From Vicinamibacterales bacterium (GTDB lineage: Bacteria; Acidobacteriota; Vicinamibacteria; Vicinamibacterales; UBA2999): 64,000 bases of DNA. The translations under genes and the position numbers were made by a program. The notes under the pieces were generated by a model, which was not told the origin of the DNA, did not search any database, and worked only from the letters and a program-made list of their open reading frames with translations. The stretch lies in assembly GCA_035626435.1 (NCBI GenBank), contig DASPNQ010000209.1:7623-71622 (forward strand), written 5' to 3'. Below are positions 7,197-16,503 of the stretch, one piece after another; position 1 is the first letter of the stretch; every line of letters begins with the position of its first letter.

Positions 7197-9989
7197 TCAG
7201 TCGACCCGCAGAGCGATGACGGGGTCGACCCTCGTGGCGCGGCGAGCGGGGACGTACGAGGCGAGCAGCGCGATTGCCGCAAACGTCGCGGCGACGACGG
7301 CGAACGTGGCGGGATCGCGGGGCTCGACGCCAAACAGCATCGATTGCAGGAACCGCGCGCCGGCCGCGGCGGTGGCGATGCCGATCGTGATTCCGATCGC
7401 CGCGCAAGCAACGCCGCCGCGCATCACCAGCGCCATGACCTGCCCGCGCTCCGCGCCGAGCGCCATTCGAATGCCAATCTCCTGCGTGCGTTGAACCACC
7501 GAATACGCGAGCACGCTGTAAACCCCGATTGCCGCCAGTACGGCGGCCACGGCGGCAAACATGCCAAGCAGCACGGCATAGAACCGCTGCCGCGCCGTTG
7601 AATACCCGACCATTTCATCCATCGTGTGGATGGCGTCGATGCTCGCGTTCGCGTCCACGGCGCGGACGGCGTCGCGCACCACCGGAAAAAACGCGACCGG
7701 GTTGCCGCGCGTCTTGACGCCGAACGACATGAAGCCGAACGAAATCTGCTCTACCCGGCCCTTCGGAAAGTTCATCCGTTCGTGGATCGCTCGCACCTGA
7801 CGGTAGTCCATGAAGATCTCCGCATATGCGGGTGCTGCCACGCGGCCCTGTCGAACGTCCTCCACGACGCCAACCACGTGCAGCGGCGCGTCAAACGGCC
7901 TCAATGTCGGATTGAGACCGGCACCCGTTCGCCAGACAATCGTCTGCCCGACGGGATTTGCGTCACCGAAATAGCGCTTGGCCACCGATCGGCTGATGAC
8001 GACGTTGACGGCGCCTCCGACGACGCCATCGCGTTCATCGAGATACCGGCCGCCGAGCAGCGGCACCCCCATCGTCTCGAGGTAGCCGGGGCTCAGCGAC
8101 TTCAATCGCGGCTTTTCGGGCTCCGTCTGCATCTCTTCGACGGTTCGACCTGGTGGGATGAACACACCGACCGTGTCCTGGAGACCGAGCAGGATGCCCG
8201 CGTACGCAAACCCCGCATGCGCAACGTCGGTCTTGTTGCGCAGCGCGGCCAACAGCGATTCAATCGTCGCGGCCTTTCGCGCGGTGGCGTATTCGGCCGG
8301 CAGCACGAGCTGGAACGCGACCACGTTCGAGGGGTCGTAGCCTTTCTCGACTCGCGACAGGCTGATGAAGCTGTTGACGAGCAGTCCCGCTGCGACGAGA
8401 AGGACCGTCGCGAGCATCACTTGGCTGACGACCAGTATGGTGCGCGTGCGCGTCTCGCGCCGCGGCCGCGAATGGCCACGCGCTCCCAGCGATTGCAGCT
8501 GGCTGACCCGCGAAAGATGCCAGGCCGGCAACACCCCAAACAAGGCGCTCGCAATCCCCGACAGCGTGAGGGCGATCAGCAGCAGCGTACGGTCGACCGA
8601 CACTTCCTGCAGGCGCGGCAGCAGGTTGGCGCCGAACACGATCCGAAATACACCCTGTGCCTCGATGGTCGCCAGATGTTTGGTCACAGCCACGCCGGCG
8701 GCGCCCAACGCCGCTCCCAACGTCCCGCCGATGGCGGCGAGGACGACGCATTCGGTCAGGATCTGGCGCATTACGCGCGAGCGGCTCGCGCCGATCGCCA
8801 GACGCACCCCGATTTCTCTCGCGCGCGCGGTGCCGCGCGCCATCAGCAGGTTCGCCACGTTGGCGCAGACGATCAGCAGCACAACGGCGACCGCGACGAG
8901 GCACACCCGTAACGCCGGCCGCATCGGCGCGACGAGGTCCTCTTTCACCGAGGACACCTTGAATCGCGGCCGCGTCAGGGCCGGCGCCGTTGCCGGCCGC
9001 GGCGGCCGAATAGCGTTGCCAATAGCGTTGGCCTCGCTTTCCGCCGCCTGAAGCGACACGCCTTCTCGGAGACGCGCTCGCACTGTCACCCCGGGTGGCC
9101 GGCTGTACATGCCGCGCACCATCGGCATGTAGAACTCGAACGCATCACCATAGGTGTCGAATTCAGGCGGGAGGACGCCGATGATCGTCAGCAGCCGGAC
9201 GGGGTCACCGGCCTGTGCGCCGAGGTTGCTGGGCCCCTGACCGATGCTGCCGCGCAGCTCGATGACCGAGCCAACCGCACTCGGATCCCTCCGGAAGTAG
9301 TTACGCCAGGTACCCTCGGTAATAACGACGACGTCGCCCTGGATGTCGTCCTGCCGATCGATCAGCCTGCCCAGGGCCGGGCGGACGCCGAGCACCTGGA
9401 AATAGTTCGTGGAGACAATGGCCGCGGTGAGCCGCGCCGTGCTCTCGCGTGTCCGCATGATGACCTGCGGATTGAAGGTGTGCGTCGCGAGATCCTCGAG
9501 TGTCTCGCTACGGGAGCGCCAGTCGAGCGCCTCCTGATAATTGATTCCGGGTACGCCGGGTGGCGCCTCGGGTTCGGTGATCGCGACCAGGCGATCGCTG
9601 TCCGCGAAGGGCAACGGGCGAATCAGCACGGTATCGACGATGCTGTAGATGGTTGTTGTCGCGCCGATACCGATCGCCAGTGTGAGAACGGCGGCGATCG
9701 TGAACGCCGGACTGCGACGCAGCGATCGCACGGCATAGGCCGCGTCGCGCGGAACGTCGCCGATCCACCGAAATGCCCGGGCGTCGCGTTGCAGCTCCTT
9801 CGCTTGCTCGATGCCTCCGAACGCACGCCGGGCCGCCAGCTTCGCATCGGCCGCGGACATGCCGTTGTTGATGAACTCCTCTTCGAGCAGTGACAAGTGC
9901 GATGCGATCTCTCGACTCAGCTCCCGCTCCGCACGGGACCAGCGCAGGATTGCAAGGACCCGCCAGAGGAATTCGCGCAAAGAGGCCAT
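7197..9989 (-). CDS. ADOP-family duplicated permease (MacB/FtsX-like, no fused ATPase)
   Basis: 930 aa. Has the characteristic N-terminal cytoplasmic extension (SREIASHLSLLEEEF...GMSAADAKLAARRAFGGIEQAKELQRDAR...YAVRSLRRSPAFT) followed by two MacB-periplasmic-core/FtsX halves. Start lies 6 nt downstream of the PadR stop. Confidence 0.88.
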   Translation of the reverse strand: MASLREFLWRVLAILRWSRAERELSREIASHLSLLEEEFINNGMSAADAKLAARRAFGGIEQAKELQRDARAFRWIGDVPRDAAYAVRSLRRSPAFTIAAVLTLAIGIGATTTIYSIVDTVLIRPLPFADSDRLVAITEPEAPPGVPGINYQEALDWRSRSETLEDLATHTFNPQVIMRTRESTARLTAAIVSTNYFQVLGVRPALGRLIDRQDDIQGDVVVITEGTWRNYFRRDPSAVGSVIELRGSIGQGPSNLGAQAGDPVRLLTIIGVLPPEFDTYGDAFEFYMPMVRGMYSRPPGVTVRARLREGVSLQAAESEANAIGNAIRPPRPATAPALTRPRFKVSSVKEDLVAPMRPALRVCLVAVAVVLLIVCANVANLLMARGTARAREIGVRLAIGASRSRVMRQILTECVVLAAIGGTLGAALGAAGVAVTKHLATIEAQGVFRIVFGANLLPRLQEVSVDRTLLLIALTLSGIASALFGVLPAWHLSRVSQLQSLGARGHSRPRRETRTRTILVVSQVMLATVLLVAAGLLVNSFISLSRVEKGYDPSNVVAFQLVLPAEYATARKAATIESLLAALRNKTDVAHAGFAYAGILLGLQDTVGVFIPPGRTVEEMQTEPEKPRLKSLSPGYLETMGVPLLGGRYLDERDGVVGGAVNVVISRSVAKRYFGDANPVGQTIVWRTGAGLNPTLRPFDAPLHVVGVVEDVRQGRVAAPAYAEIFMDYRQVRAIHERMNFPKGRVEQISFGFMSFGVKTRGNPVAFFPVVRDAVRAVDANASIDAIHTMDEMVGYSTARQRFYAVLLGMFAAVAAVLAAIGVYSVLAYSVVQRTQEIGIRMALGAERGQVMALVMRGGVACAAIGITIGIATAAAGARFLQSMLFGVEPRDPATFAVVAATFAAIALLASYVPARRATRVDPVIALRVD

Positions 9990-9995
9990 CGACGC

Positions 9996-10331
9996 CTACG
10001 ATTCGAGGAGCAGTTTGTCGACCAGACCGGCGAGCCGCCGCCATTTCTCGGCTTCCTTCGCGAGCGCGCGCTCGCCGGATTTGGTCAGGACGTAGAACTT
10101 GGCCTCGCGGTTGCTTTCCGTCTTGCCCCAGGACCCTTTGATCCATCCCTTGTGCTCCAGGCGCACTAACGCTGGATACAGCGTGCCCTGGTTGAGCGAC
10201 AGCGGATGATCGGCCACCTGAGCGAGGCGCGCCGCCAGTCCGTACGCGTGCTGCGGCCCCATGGTGGACAGCGCCCGCAGGATGATCAAATCCAGGGTTC
10301 CCTGGAGGAGCTCGACTTTCTCGCCGGACAT
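9996..10331 (-). CDS. PadR-family transcriptional regulator
   Basis: 111 aa. LLQGTLDLIILRAL...HAYGL...LYPALVRLEHKGWI...W is the PadR winged-helix pattern. Directly upstream of an ADOP permease, as in the Acidobacterial PadR/ADOP pairing. Confidence 0.9.
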   Translation of the reverse strand: MSGEKVELLQGTLDLIILRALSTMGPQHAYGLAARLAQVADHPLSLNQGTLYPALVRLEHKGWIKGSWGKTESNREAKFYVLTKSGERALAKEAEKWRRLAGLVDKLLLES

Positions 10332-10333
10332 GC

Positions 10334-10369
10334 GTGGACTATAGCCGCGTCCACTTGAATGTCAAGTGG
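10334..10369 (-). promoter_or_regulatory. putative leaderless promoter with nested palindromic operators for the PadR gene
   Basis: On the minus strand: TTGACA (10360-10365), 16-nt spacer, TATAGT (10338-10343), 6 nt, ATG (10331). Palindrome CCACTTGA-ATG-TCAAGTGG (10351-10369) covers the -35. Palindrome GTGGAC-N9-GTCCAC (10334-10354) covers the -10. Confidence 0.5.
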
Positions 10370-10472
10370 AGTACGGCGTGGGCGCAAGGACGGGTTCGCG
10401 CTACCATCGGGGGCAGCCGCGGGCCGCCGCACGACAGGTGCGCCGGCCGCCGCAGCGCCAGACGGATATCTG

Positions 10473-11804
10473 ATGCGAATCGTCATCGTGGGAGGGGGGC
10501 AGATTGGCTCATCGCTGGCGCGCGCCCTGGCCGCCACCCACGAAGTCGTCGTCATCGACAACGACCCGGCCGTGGCCGGCGCGTTCGCCAACATCGACGC
10601 CGAGCTGCTGATTGGCGGCGGCACCAGCGCCGAAATGCTGACGCGGGCGCGCGTTCAGGATGCCCGATTCTTCGTCGCCACGACGCCGCTTGACGAGGTC
10701 AACATCGTGGCGTGCGCGATCGCCAACCGGATGTCGAATCCGGAAACGATTTGCGTCGTGTCGCGCGCCGATTTTGTGCCCGATCGCGAGGGCCTTCGAG
10801 ACTTCGGCATCAATCGCGTGCTGTGGCCCGAAGCGCAGCTGGCCAGCGACATCGAAGGCGTGGTCACGGCGCCGGGGGCAATCGACGCAGAAATATTTGC
10901 CGGCGGCCGCATCCGGCTGCTCGAATACCGGCTCGACGCCGGGTCCAGCCTCGCGGGCGTGACGCTTGGCGACTTGCATTTGCCACGCGGTTCGCTGATC
11001 GTTGCGGTCAAGCGCGCCGGCGCGTTGTTCGTGCCGCGCGGCAACACCCGACTGGAGGTCGGGGACAAGATCATCGTGATGGGCACGCCCGACGCGATGC
11101 AGCAGGTGGAGCGGTTCGTCCATCCCGCGCGTCACGGCGGCCGCCTGGAAGTCACCATCGTCGGCGGCGGCGACGTCGGCCTGCAGCTGGCAGAGCGCCT
11201 CGAGGGGTCGAGCTGCCACGTCCGCATCATCGAGAGCGATCCGGCGCGGGGCGAAATGCTCGCGGCGCGGTTGAAGCGCACGCTGGTGCTCAACGGCGAC
11301 GGCACCGACCTGGAGTTTCTCGAGAGCGAAAACGTCGGCCGTAGCGACGTAATGGTGTCGGTGATCGACAACGACGAACGCAACCTGCTGGCCTCGTTGC
11401 TCGGCCGCCAGCTTGGCGTCCCGAAAATCGTGACGCGGGTCAGCCGGCCGACGAACCTTCGCCTGTTCGAACGGGTCGGCATCGACGTGGCGCTATCAGC
11501 GCGCGCGGCCGCCGTCGCTTCGATCCTTCACCAGATCACCGGCGGCACCTCGAGCCTGCTGGCGGTGGTCGAGCACGGCGAGGCCCGCGTCATCGAGATG
11601 GTCGTCTCGCCGCGATTCGAGCCGAAGCCGTTGAAGGCGATCGGTGCTCCCGCGGACGTCATTGTCGCGGCGATTCTGCGCGGCCGCGAAGTGATCGTTC
11701 CGCGCGGCGACGATCGCGTCGAGCCTGGCGATCACATCATCGTATTCTCGACACGAGCGGCGGAAGAACGGGTGCAGGCCTACTTCAGTGGTTTGGGCAG
11801 CTAG
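10473..11804 (+). CDS. trkA: Trk potassium uptake system NAD-binding subunit TrkA
   Basis: The family-typical start MRIVIVGGGQIGSSLARAL (Rossmann GxGxxG) is at ATG 10473; the tracked ORF begins at 10359. A second RCK-N repeat begins at EVTIVGGGDVGLQLA. trkH follows. Confidence 0.88.
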   Translation: MRIVIVGGGQIGSSLARALAATHEVVVIDNDPAVAGAFANIDAELLIGGGTSAEMLTRARVQDARFFVATTPLDEVNIVACAIANRMSNPETICVVSRADFVPDREGLRDFGINRVLWPEAQLASDIEGVVTAPGAIDAEIFAGGRIRLLEYRLDAGSSLAGVTLGDLHLPRGSLIVAVKRAGALFVPRGNTRLEVGDKIIVMGTPDAMQQVERFVHPARHGGRLEVTIVGGGDVGLQLAERLEGSSCHVRIIESDPARGEMLAARLKRTLVLNGDGTDLEFLESENVGRSDVMVSVIDNDERNLLASLLGRQLGVPKIVTRVSRPTNLRLFERVGIDVALSARAAAVASILHQITGGTSSLLAVVEHGEARVIEMVVSPRFEPKPLKAIGAPADVIVAAILRGREVIVPRGDDRVEPGDHIIVFSTRAAEERVQAYFSGLGS

Positions 11805-11834
11805 CGTCCGTCGAACGCGCCGGCCCGCAGACAC

Positions 11835-13316
11835 ATGCGCGTCTCATTAGTCACCCACGTCATCGGCCTCATCGTGCGCGTGTTTGGCTTGATGTTTCTC
11901 GCGCCACTCGTGATCGCGCTGATCTACGGCGAGTATCGCGACGCGATCGGCTTCGCGCTGGCGACCGTCGTGACCAGCCTGGCTGGCCACGCGATGCGTC
12001 ACGCCGGAGGCCCCGACGCCGAGCACGGCGTCGAGGATATGCGCCGCGTCGAAGGACTTGCCGCCGTGTCCGGCGCGTGGCTGCTGATTGCGGGCTTCGC
12101 CGCGCTGCCCTATGCGTGGGCTGGCCTCGGCGCGATCGACTCCATGTTCGAAGCGATGTCGGGATTGACGACGACGGGCGCGACCGTGTTTCGCGACTTC
12201 GACGCATTCGGCCGCGGCGTGTTCTTCTGGCGAAGCCTCACGCACTGGCTTGGCGGCATGGGAGTGATCGCGCTGTTCGTCGCGATTCTGCCGCGACTCG
12301 CGATCGGCGGCCGGGAGCTGTTCTTCGCCGAGGCGTCCGGTCACGAGGACGAGAAGGTCACGCCGCAGATTCGCCGAACGGCGGCGGTGTTGTGGCGGTT
12401 GTATGCCGTGCTGACCCTGCTGCAGGTCATCGCGTTGTGGTTCGCCGGCATGTCGCTGTACGACAGCGTCAACCACGCCTTCGCGACGCTCGCAGCCGGC
12501 GGCTTTTCGACGCATCCACAGTCGATTGCGGGCTACCAGAACCCGGCGGTCGAATGGGTCATCATCGTGTTCATGCTGCTGGCAGGCGCGAACTTTGCCC
12601 TGCAGTACCGCGCGCTGACCCGCCGCAACTTCAAACTGCTCTCCGGCGACGAAGAGCTCCGCGTCTACGTTGGCGTCGTCGTGGCGGCATCGTTGCTCCT
12701 GATCGTCGCGCTGCGCCTGCCATTGATCGACGAGCCGTCGATTCGGACGACGTTGTTTCAATCGCTGTCGATCATCACCACGACCGGTTTTGCGAGCGTT
12801 GATTTCAACCTCTGGAACGATCAGGCCAAGGCCGTGCTGCTCGGCCTGATGTTCATCGGCGGCTGCGCCGGATCGGCCGCCGGCGGCCCCAAGGTGGTAC
12901 GCCACATCCTGCTGGCGAAATTCACGCTGCATGAACTGCGGCGTGCGCTGCACCCGCGGGCCGTGCTGCCGGTAAAGCTTGCGGGCCGCGTGGTACCTGT
13001 GCACATCCTGCAGGGTGTCATCGTCTTTTTTCTGTTCTACATGCTGACCTTCGCGGTCTGTACGGCCTTGGTCGTGCTGCTGGGCGCCGACCTGGTCACG
13101 GGAATCTCGGCGACGGCGGCGTGCCTTGGCAACGTCGGCCCGGGCTTCAACACGGTCGGGCCGATGGCGCATTTCGGAGACCTTCATCCGCTCAGCCGCA
13201 TCGTCTTGACGCTGGCGATGTGGATCGGGCGACTCGAGATCATCACTGTCCTGGTGATGCTCCAACCGGAAGCCTGGCGATCGAGCCGATGGGCCACCGC
13301 GCAGAACAGCCGCTGA
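11835..13316 (+). CDS. trkH: Trk potassium transporter membrane subunit TrkH
   Basis: 493-aa polytopic protein with TrkH-type selectivity-loop motifs (GLTTTGATV, GGFSTH, TTTGFAS, LGNVGPG). Adjacent to trkA. Confidence 0.88.
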   Translation: MRVSLVTHVIGLIVRVFGLMFLAPLVIALIYGEYRDAIGFALATVVTSLAGHAMRHAGGPDAEHGVEDMRRVEGLAAVSGAWLLIAGFAALPYAWAGLGAIDSMFEAMSGLTTTGATVFRDFDAFGRGVFFWRSLTHWLGGMGVIALFVAILPRLAIGGRELFFAEASGHEDEKVTPQIRRTAAVLWRLYAVLTLLQVIALWFAGMSLYDSVNHAFATLAAGGFSTHPQSIAGYQNPAVEWVIIVFMLLAGANFALQYRALTRRNFKLLSGDEELRVYVGVVVAASLLLIVALRLPLIDEPSIRTTLFQSLSIITTTGFASVDFNLWNDQAKAVLLGLMFIGGCAGSAAGGPKVVRHILLAKFTLHELRRALHPRAVLPVKLAGRVVPVHILQGVIVFFLFYMLTFAVCTALVVLLGADLVTGISATAACLGNVGPGFNTVGPMAHFGDLHPLSRIVLTLAMWIGRLEIITVLVMLQPEAWRSSRWATAQNSR

Positions 13317-13317
13317 C

Positions 13318-13334
13318 CGCGGCCATGCGCCGCG
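13318..13334. terminator. short GC hairpin between convergent genes
   Basis: CGCGGC-CATGC-GCCGCG lies between the trkH stop (13316) and the MFS stop (13337). No U-tract. Confidence 0.3.
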
Positions 13335-13336
13335 AA

Positions 13337-14566
13337 CTACGCCGTCTCGTGATTGGGCGCGTGACTGAGCTGAACATCGGGCAGCGGCGTCACTGATGCC
13401 GAGAAAGCCACCAACGTAATCACCGCGGCGAGAACGTTGAACATCGCGCTGTAGCTGCCGGTCCACTCCACGCACCACGCCAGCAGCAACGGTCCGACTG
13501 CCGATGCGACGACGGTCATCGCCTGCGCGGCGCCTTGGATGCGCCCAAGATGGGCGCGGCCATACACGCGCGGCCAGACGCTGAAGAACAGCACCATGAC
13601 GAGCCCCCCGCCCACCCCCATTGCGGTGGCCCACACCATCACATGCACGATCGTCGCAACGTGCGGCAGCGCGGCCAGGCCGAGCGCGAGCATCAGCAGC
13701 GACATCGTCAGCAGATTAGTAAGCGAAACGCGCAACGCTAGCCATCCGCCTGCGAAGTTTCCAAGCAAGGCGGTGATCGCGGTCACGACCAGCGTCTGGT
13801 AGTACACCGACGCGCTGAAACCTCGTTCGGCGAGGATGGATTCGTTGAAGAGGCCGATCCCCGACGCAACCAGGCCATACAGCGCGGCCCCGGTCGAAAA
13901 GACCCAGAACGCCGGCGTGGCCAGCGCTTCACGCCAGGTCGCGCCCATGCCGCACGATGGCTGATCCGGTTGATCGAGCGAGCGGCCCGCGTCCTCAGGC
14001 AGACCGCGGCCGAATAGCGCTGCGGCCGGCGCCAATCCGGCCAGCAGCGCAATGCCGATCATCAACCAGGCCGATCGCCACCCGGCCGCTTGCACCATCG
14101 ATCCGACGATCGGAAACGCGATCATGAATCCGATGCTCATGACGATGCTGTAGATCGCCATGGCCAGGTCGATCTTGCGTGTAAACCATTGGCCGATCAT
14201 CGCCAGGCTGATCACCGACAACGCGCTCTGTCCGAGCCCGCGCGTCAACGTGACGGCAACGGCCAGCGCCCAGAATGACTGCACAGTGCTCATCACGCAC
14301 ACGACAATGCCGAGGGCTGCGGCGACGACCGTCAGCACGACGCGCGTGCCCAGGCGATCGATGAACCGCCCGATACCAATCGCGAAAACCGACCCGATCA
14401 ACGTCGCCCACAAGTTCAGGGTCGCGTAGTCGACGCGATCGATTTGGAGGTCCGCCAGCAACGGCTCGGTGACCAGGCCGAGGCCCTGGGTGCGCCCCGG
14501 CAGGGTGCCGACCATGGCCGCTGCGGCCAGCATCAGCATCACCCAGCGATACTTCACGACGGTCAT
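13337..14566 (-). CDS. MFS transporter
   Basis: Polytopic protein with about 12 predicted hydrophobic helices of MFS layout. Start chosen at MTVVKYRWVML (14566); the tracked ORF extends to 14686, which would overlap the divergent kinase gene. Start is uncertain. Confidence 0.7.
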   Translation of the reverse strand: MTVVKYRWVMLMLAAAAMVGTLPGRTQGLGLVTEPLLADLQIDRVDYATLNLWATLIGSVFAIGIGRFIDRLGTRVVLTVVAAALGIVVCVMSTVQSFWALAVAVTLTRGLGQSALSVISLAMIGQWFTRKIDLAMAIYSIVMSIGFMIAFPIVGSMVQAAGWRSAWLMIGIALLAGLAPAAALFGRGLPEDAGRSLDQPDQPSCGMGATWREALATPAFWVFSTGAALYGLVASGIGLFNESILAERGFSASVYYQTLVVTAITALLGNFAGGWLALRVSLTNLLTMSLLMLALGLAALPHVATIVHVMVWATAMGVGGGLVMVLFFSVWPRVYGRAHLGRIQGAAQAMTVVASAVGPLLLAWCVEWTGSYSAMFNVLAAVITLVAFSASVTPLPDVQLSHAPNHETA

Positions 14567-14585
14567 TGTAGGCTGTATGCCAATC

Positions 14586-16367
14586 ATGCTCCGGCCAAGA
14601 CAGCCGTCGCTGGCGATCAAGATCCCGGCGCTGCTGCTGGTCCTGCTCCTGGCGGCGCTCGCCGCGATGAGCGTCGCTTCGTACATCGAAGTGCGTGGCG
14701 CGCTGACCGGGATGGCGTCCTCGCGCCTGCGGCAGGCAGCCGACCAGATGGCGAACGTGTTTGCGCTGTCGGCGCGACAGCGCGTCGCGGCGGTGAAACA
14801 GTTGATGTCGCGATCGGATGTTCAGGAGTTCCTGCGCAGCGGCGATGCCGCGCTGGTGCCGAGCATCGAAGCGGCGGTGCGCTCGCATCTCGGTACCGCA
14901 GCTGCGATCGCCAACGTGGAACTGTGGGATGCCGCCGGCACCCGGCGTCTGGCTGTCGGTGCCGAATTCGAGGAAGTCACCGGTACGCTGCTCGATGATC
15001 TTAAGAAAGACCTGTCGTTCGACGACACCGCGATCGGACGGCTTCGCCCGTTTGCCGACGGGCTGCGCTATCCCGTCGGCGGCCGCCTCCTGCGCGGCGG
15101 CGAGGTGCTTGGATTCGTGGTCGAGCGGCGCCGCATCTCCAATCCGGCGCAAACGCGCCAGACCGTGGCCGTGCTGACGGGACTGATTGGCAACGAAGCG
15201 ACCATGCTGCTCGGCAACAGTGATGGCTCGATCTGGTCGGACCTCGAGGTCGTCGTGCCCGACCTCCCAGTGCGCGGCACCGAGCCGCGCCTCTGGGAAT
15301 ATCAGCGCAGCGGGCGTCCGGATACTTTCGCGTGGGCGACGCCGATCGCCGCGACGCCCTGGGCGGTCGTCATCGAGTTTCCGCGCGCCGTCGTCCTCGC
15401 CCCGTCACAGCGATTGCTGCTGCGTCTCGCTGCCATTGCCGCGGTGTTGCTGTTTCTTGCCGCCGGCGCAGGGCTGGTCCTCAGCCGGCGAATCACCACA
15501 CCGCTCCGGCAGGTGACGGAAGCGGCGGAAGCCGTCGCCGCGTCGAAGCCGCACGTGCGCCTGGACATGGAGCGCGGCGACGAGATCGGCAGGCTCGCCG
15601 ACTCGTTCAATACGATGGCCGAGAAGGTCGAACAGGCCCGGGCGGATCTCGAGTCGCGCGTCGAGCTGCGGACCGCCGAACTGCGCGCCGCCAATCGCGA
15701 GCTCGAAGCGTTCAGTTACACGGTCTCGCACGATCTGCGCGCGCCGCTGCGCGCGATAGCCGGCTTCGTGCAGATCCTCGAGGAGGATCACGCCGAAACG
15801 TTCGACAGCGAAGCGCGACGGGCGCTCGATCGCGTCAAGGCAAACGCGCGTCGAATGGGACAGCTGATTGACGACCTGCTGGCGTTTTCGCAAATCGGCC
15901 GGACGACGATGCTCCGCCAATCGGTGAATATGACGTCGCTGGCGAAAACGGTGGCAACGGAAGCCGTGGCGGCATCGGGGCGCGCCATCGATCTGACGGT
16001 GGAGGATCTGCCGGACTGTTACGGGGAGGTGGCGCTGCTCAACCAGGTGTTCGTCAATCTCGTGTCGAACGCCGTCAAGTTCACCGCGACGACTCCGCAT
16101 CCCGCGATTACCATCGGCAGCCACACCAACAACGGCGAGACAGTGTATTTCGTCCGCGACAACGGCGCCGGATTCGATGATCGCTACGCGGAAAAATTGT
16201 TTGGTGTCTTTCAGCGATTGCATCGCGCGGAGGATTTCGAAGGCACCGGCGTCGGTCTCGCCATCGTGCATCGCATCATCACGCGTCACGGCGGCCGGGT
16301 CTGGGCGGAAGGCAAACCCAACGGGGGCGCCACGTTTTATTTCACCATCCCCGCCAAGCCCGCATGA
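14586..16367 (+). CDS. sensor histidine kinase (extracytoplasmic sensor domain - HAMP - HisKA - HATPase_c)
   Basis: Signal-anchor AIKIPALLLVLLLAALAA, HAMP (TTPLRQVTEAAEAV...GRLADSFNTMAEKV), H-box FSYTVSHDLRAPLRAI, N-box NAVKFT, G-boxes DNGAGFD and GTGVGLAIV. No cognate response regulator is adjacent. Confidence 0.88.
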   Translation: MLRPRQPSLAIKIPALLLVLLLAALAAMSVASYIEVRGALTGMASSRLRQAADQMANVFALSARQRVAAVKQLMSRSDVQEFLRSGDAALVPSIEAAVRSHLGTAAAIANVELWDAAGTRRLAVGAEFEEVTGTLLDDLKKDLSFDDTAIGRLRPFADGLRYPVGGRLLRGGEVLGFVVERRRISNPAQTRQTVAVLTGLIGNEATMLLGNSDGSIWSDLEVVVPDLPVRGTEPRLWEYQRSGRPDTFAWATPIAATPWAVVIEFPRAVVLAPSQRLLLRLAAIAAVLLFLAAGAGLVLSRRITTPLRQVTEAAEAVAASKPHVRLDMERGDEIGRLADSFNTMAEKVEQARADLESRVELRTAELRAANRELEAFSYTVSHDLRAPLRAIAGFVQILEEDHAETFDSEARRALDRVKANARRMGQLIDDLLAFSQIGRTTMLRQSVNMTSLAKTVATEAVAASGRAIDLTVEDLPDCYGEVALLNQVFVNLVSNAVKFTATTPHPAITIGSHTNNGETVYFVRDNGAGFDDRYAEKLFGVFQRLHRAEDFEGTGVGLAIVHRIITRHGGRVWAEGKPNGGATFYFTIPAKPA

Positions 16368-16503
16368 GCGGTTGAACGAACGGGACGGGCGCCGTGATGA
16401 AGCGATCTCGTAAACGATTACGGTATCCCCGACGGTATGAAGCGAGAGCATATACTTGGCTGGCACGGCCATTCTTACTTGTAGCGTTTACGGAGACACT
16501 TTG

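Noticed and set aside
10372-10472. A riboswitch (for example a c-di-AMP class) in the GC-rich leader upstream of trkA
   Set aside because: I cannot recognise the conserved cores of any known K+-transport-associated riboswitch by eye. A covariance-model search (Rfam/Infernal) would be needed. Left unclaimed.
16397-16445. Direct repeats ATGAAGCGA (16397 and 16437) and ACGGTAT (16420 and 16432) downstream of the orphan sensor kinase, considered as regulator binding sites
   Set aside because: There are only two copies each, with no adjacent regulator gene and no supporting spacing logic. They could be chance or remnants of a local duplication.
16461-16476. Sigma-54-like TGGCACGGCCATTCTT upstream of the exported methyltransferase-like gene
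   Set aside because: The -12 element reads TTCTT instead of TTGCW, so the conserved GC is missing. A TATACT hexamer at 16451-16456 and a GGAGA SD give a simpler sigma-70-type explanation.
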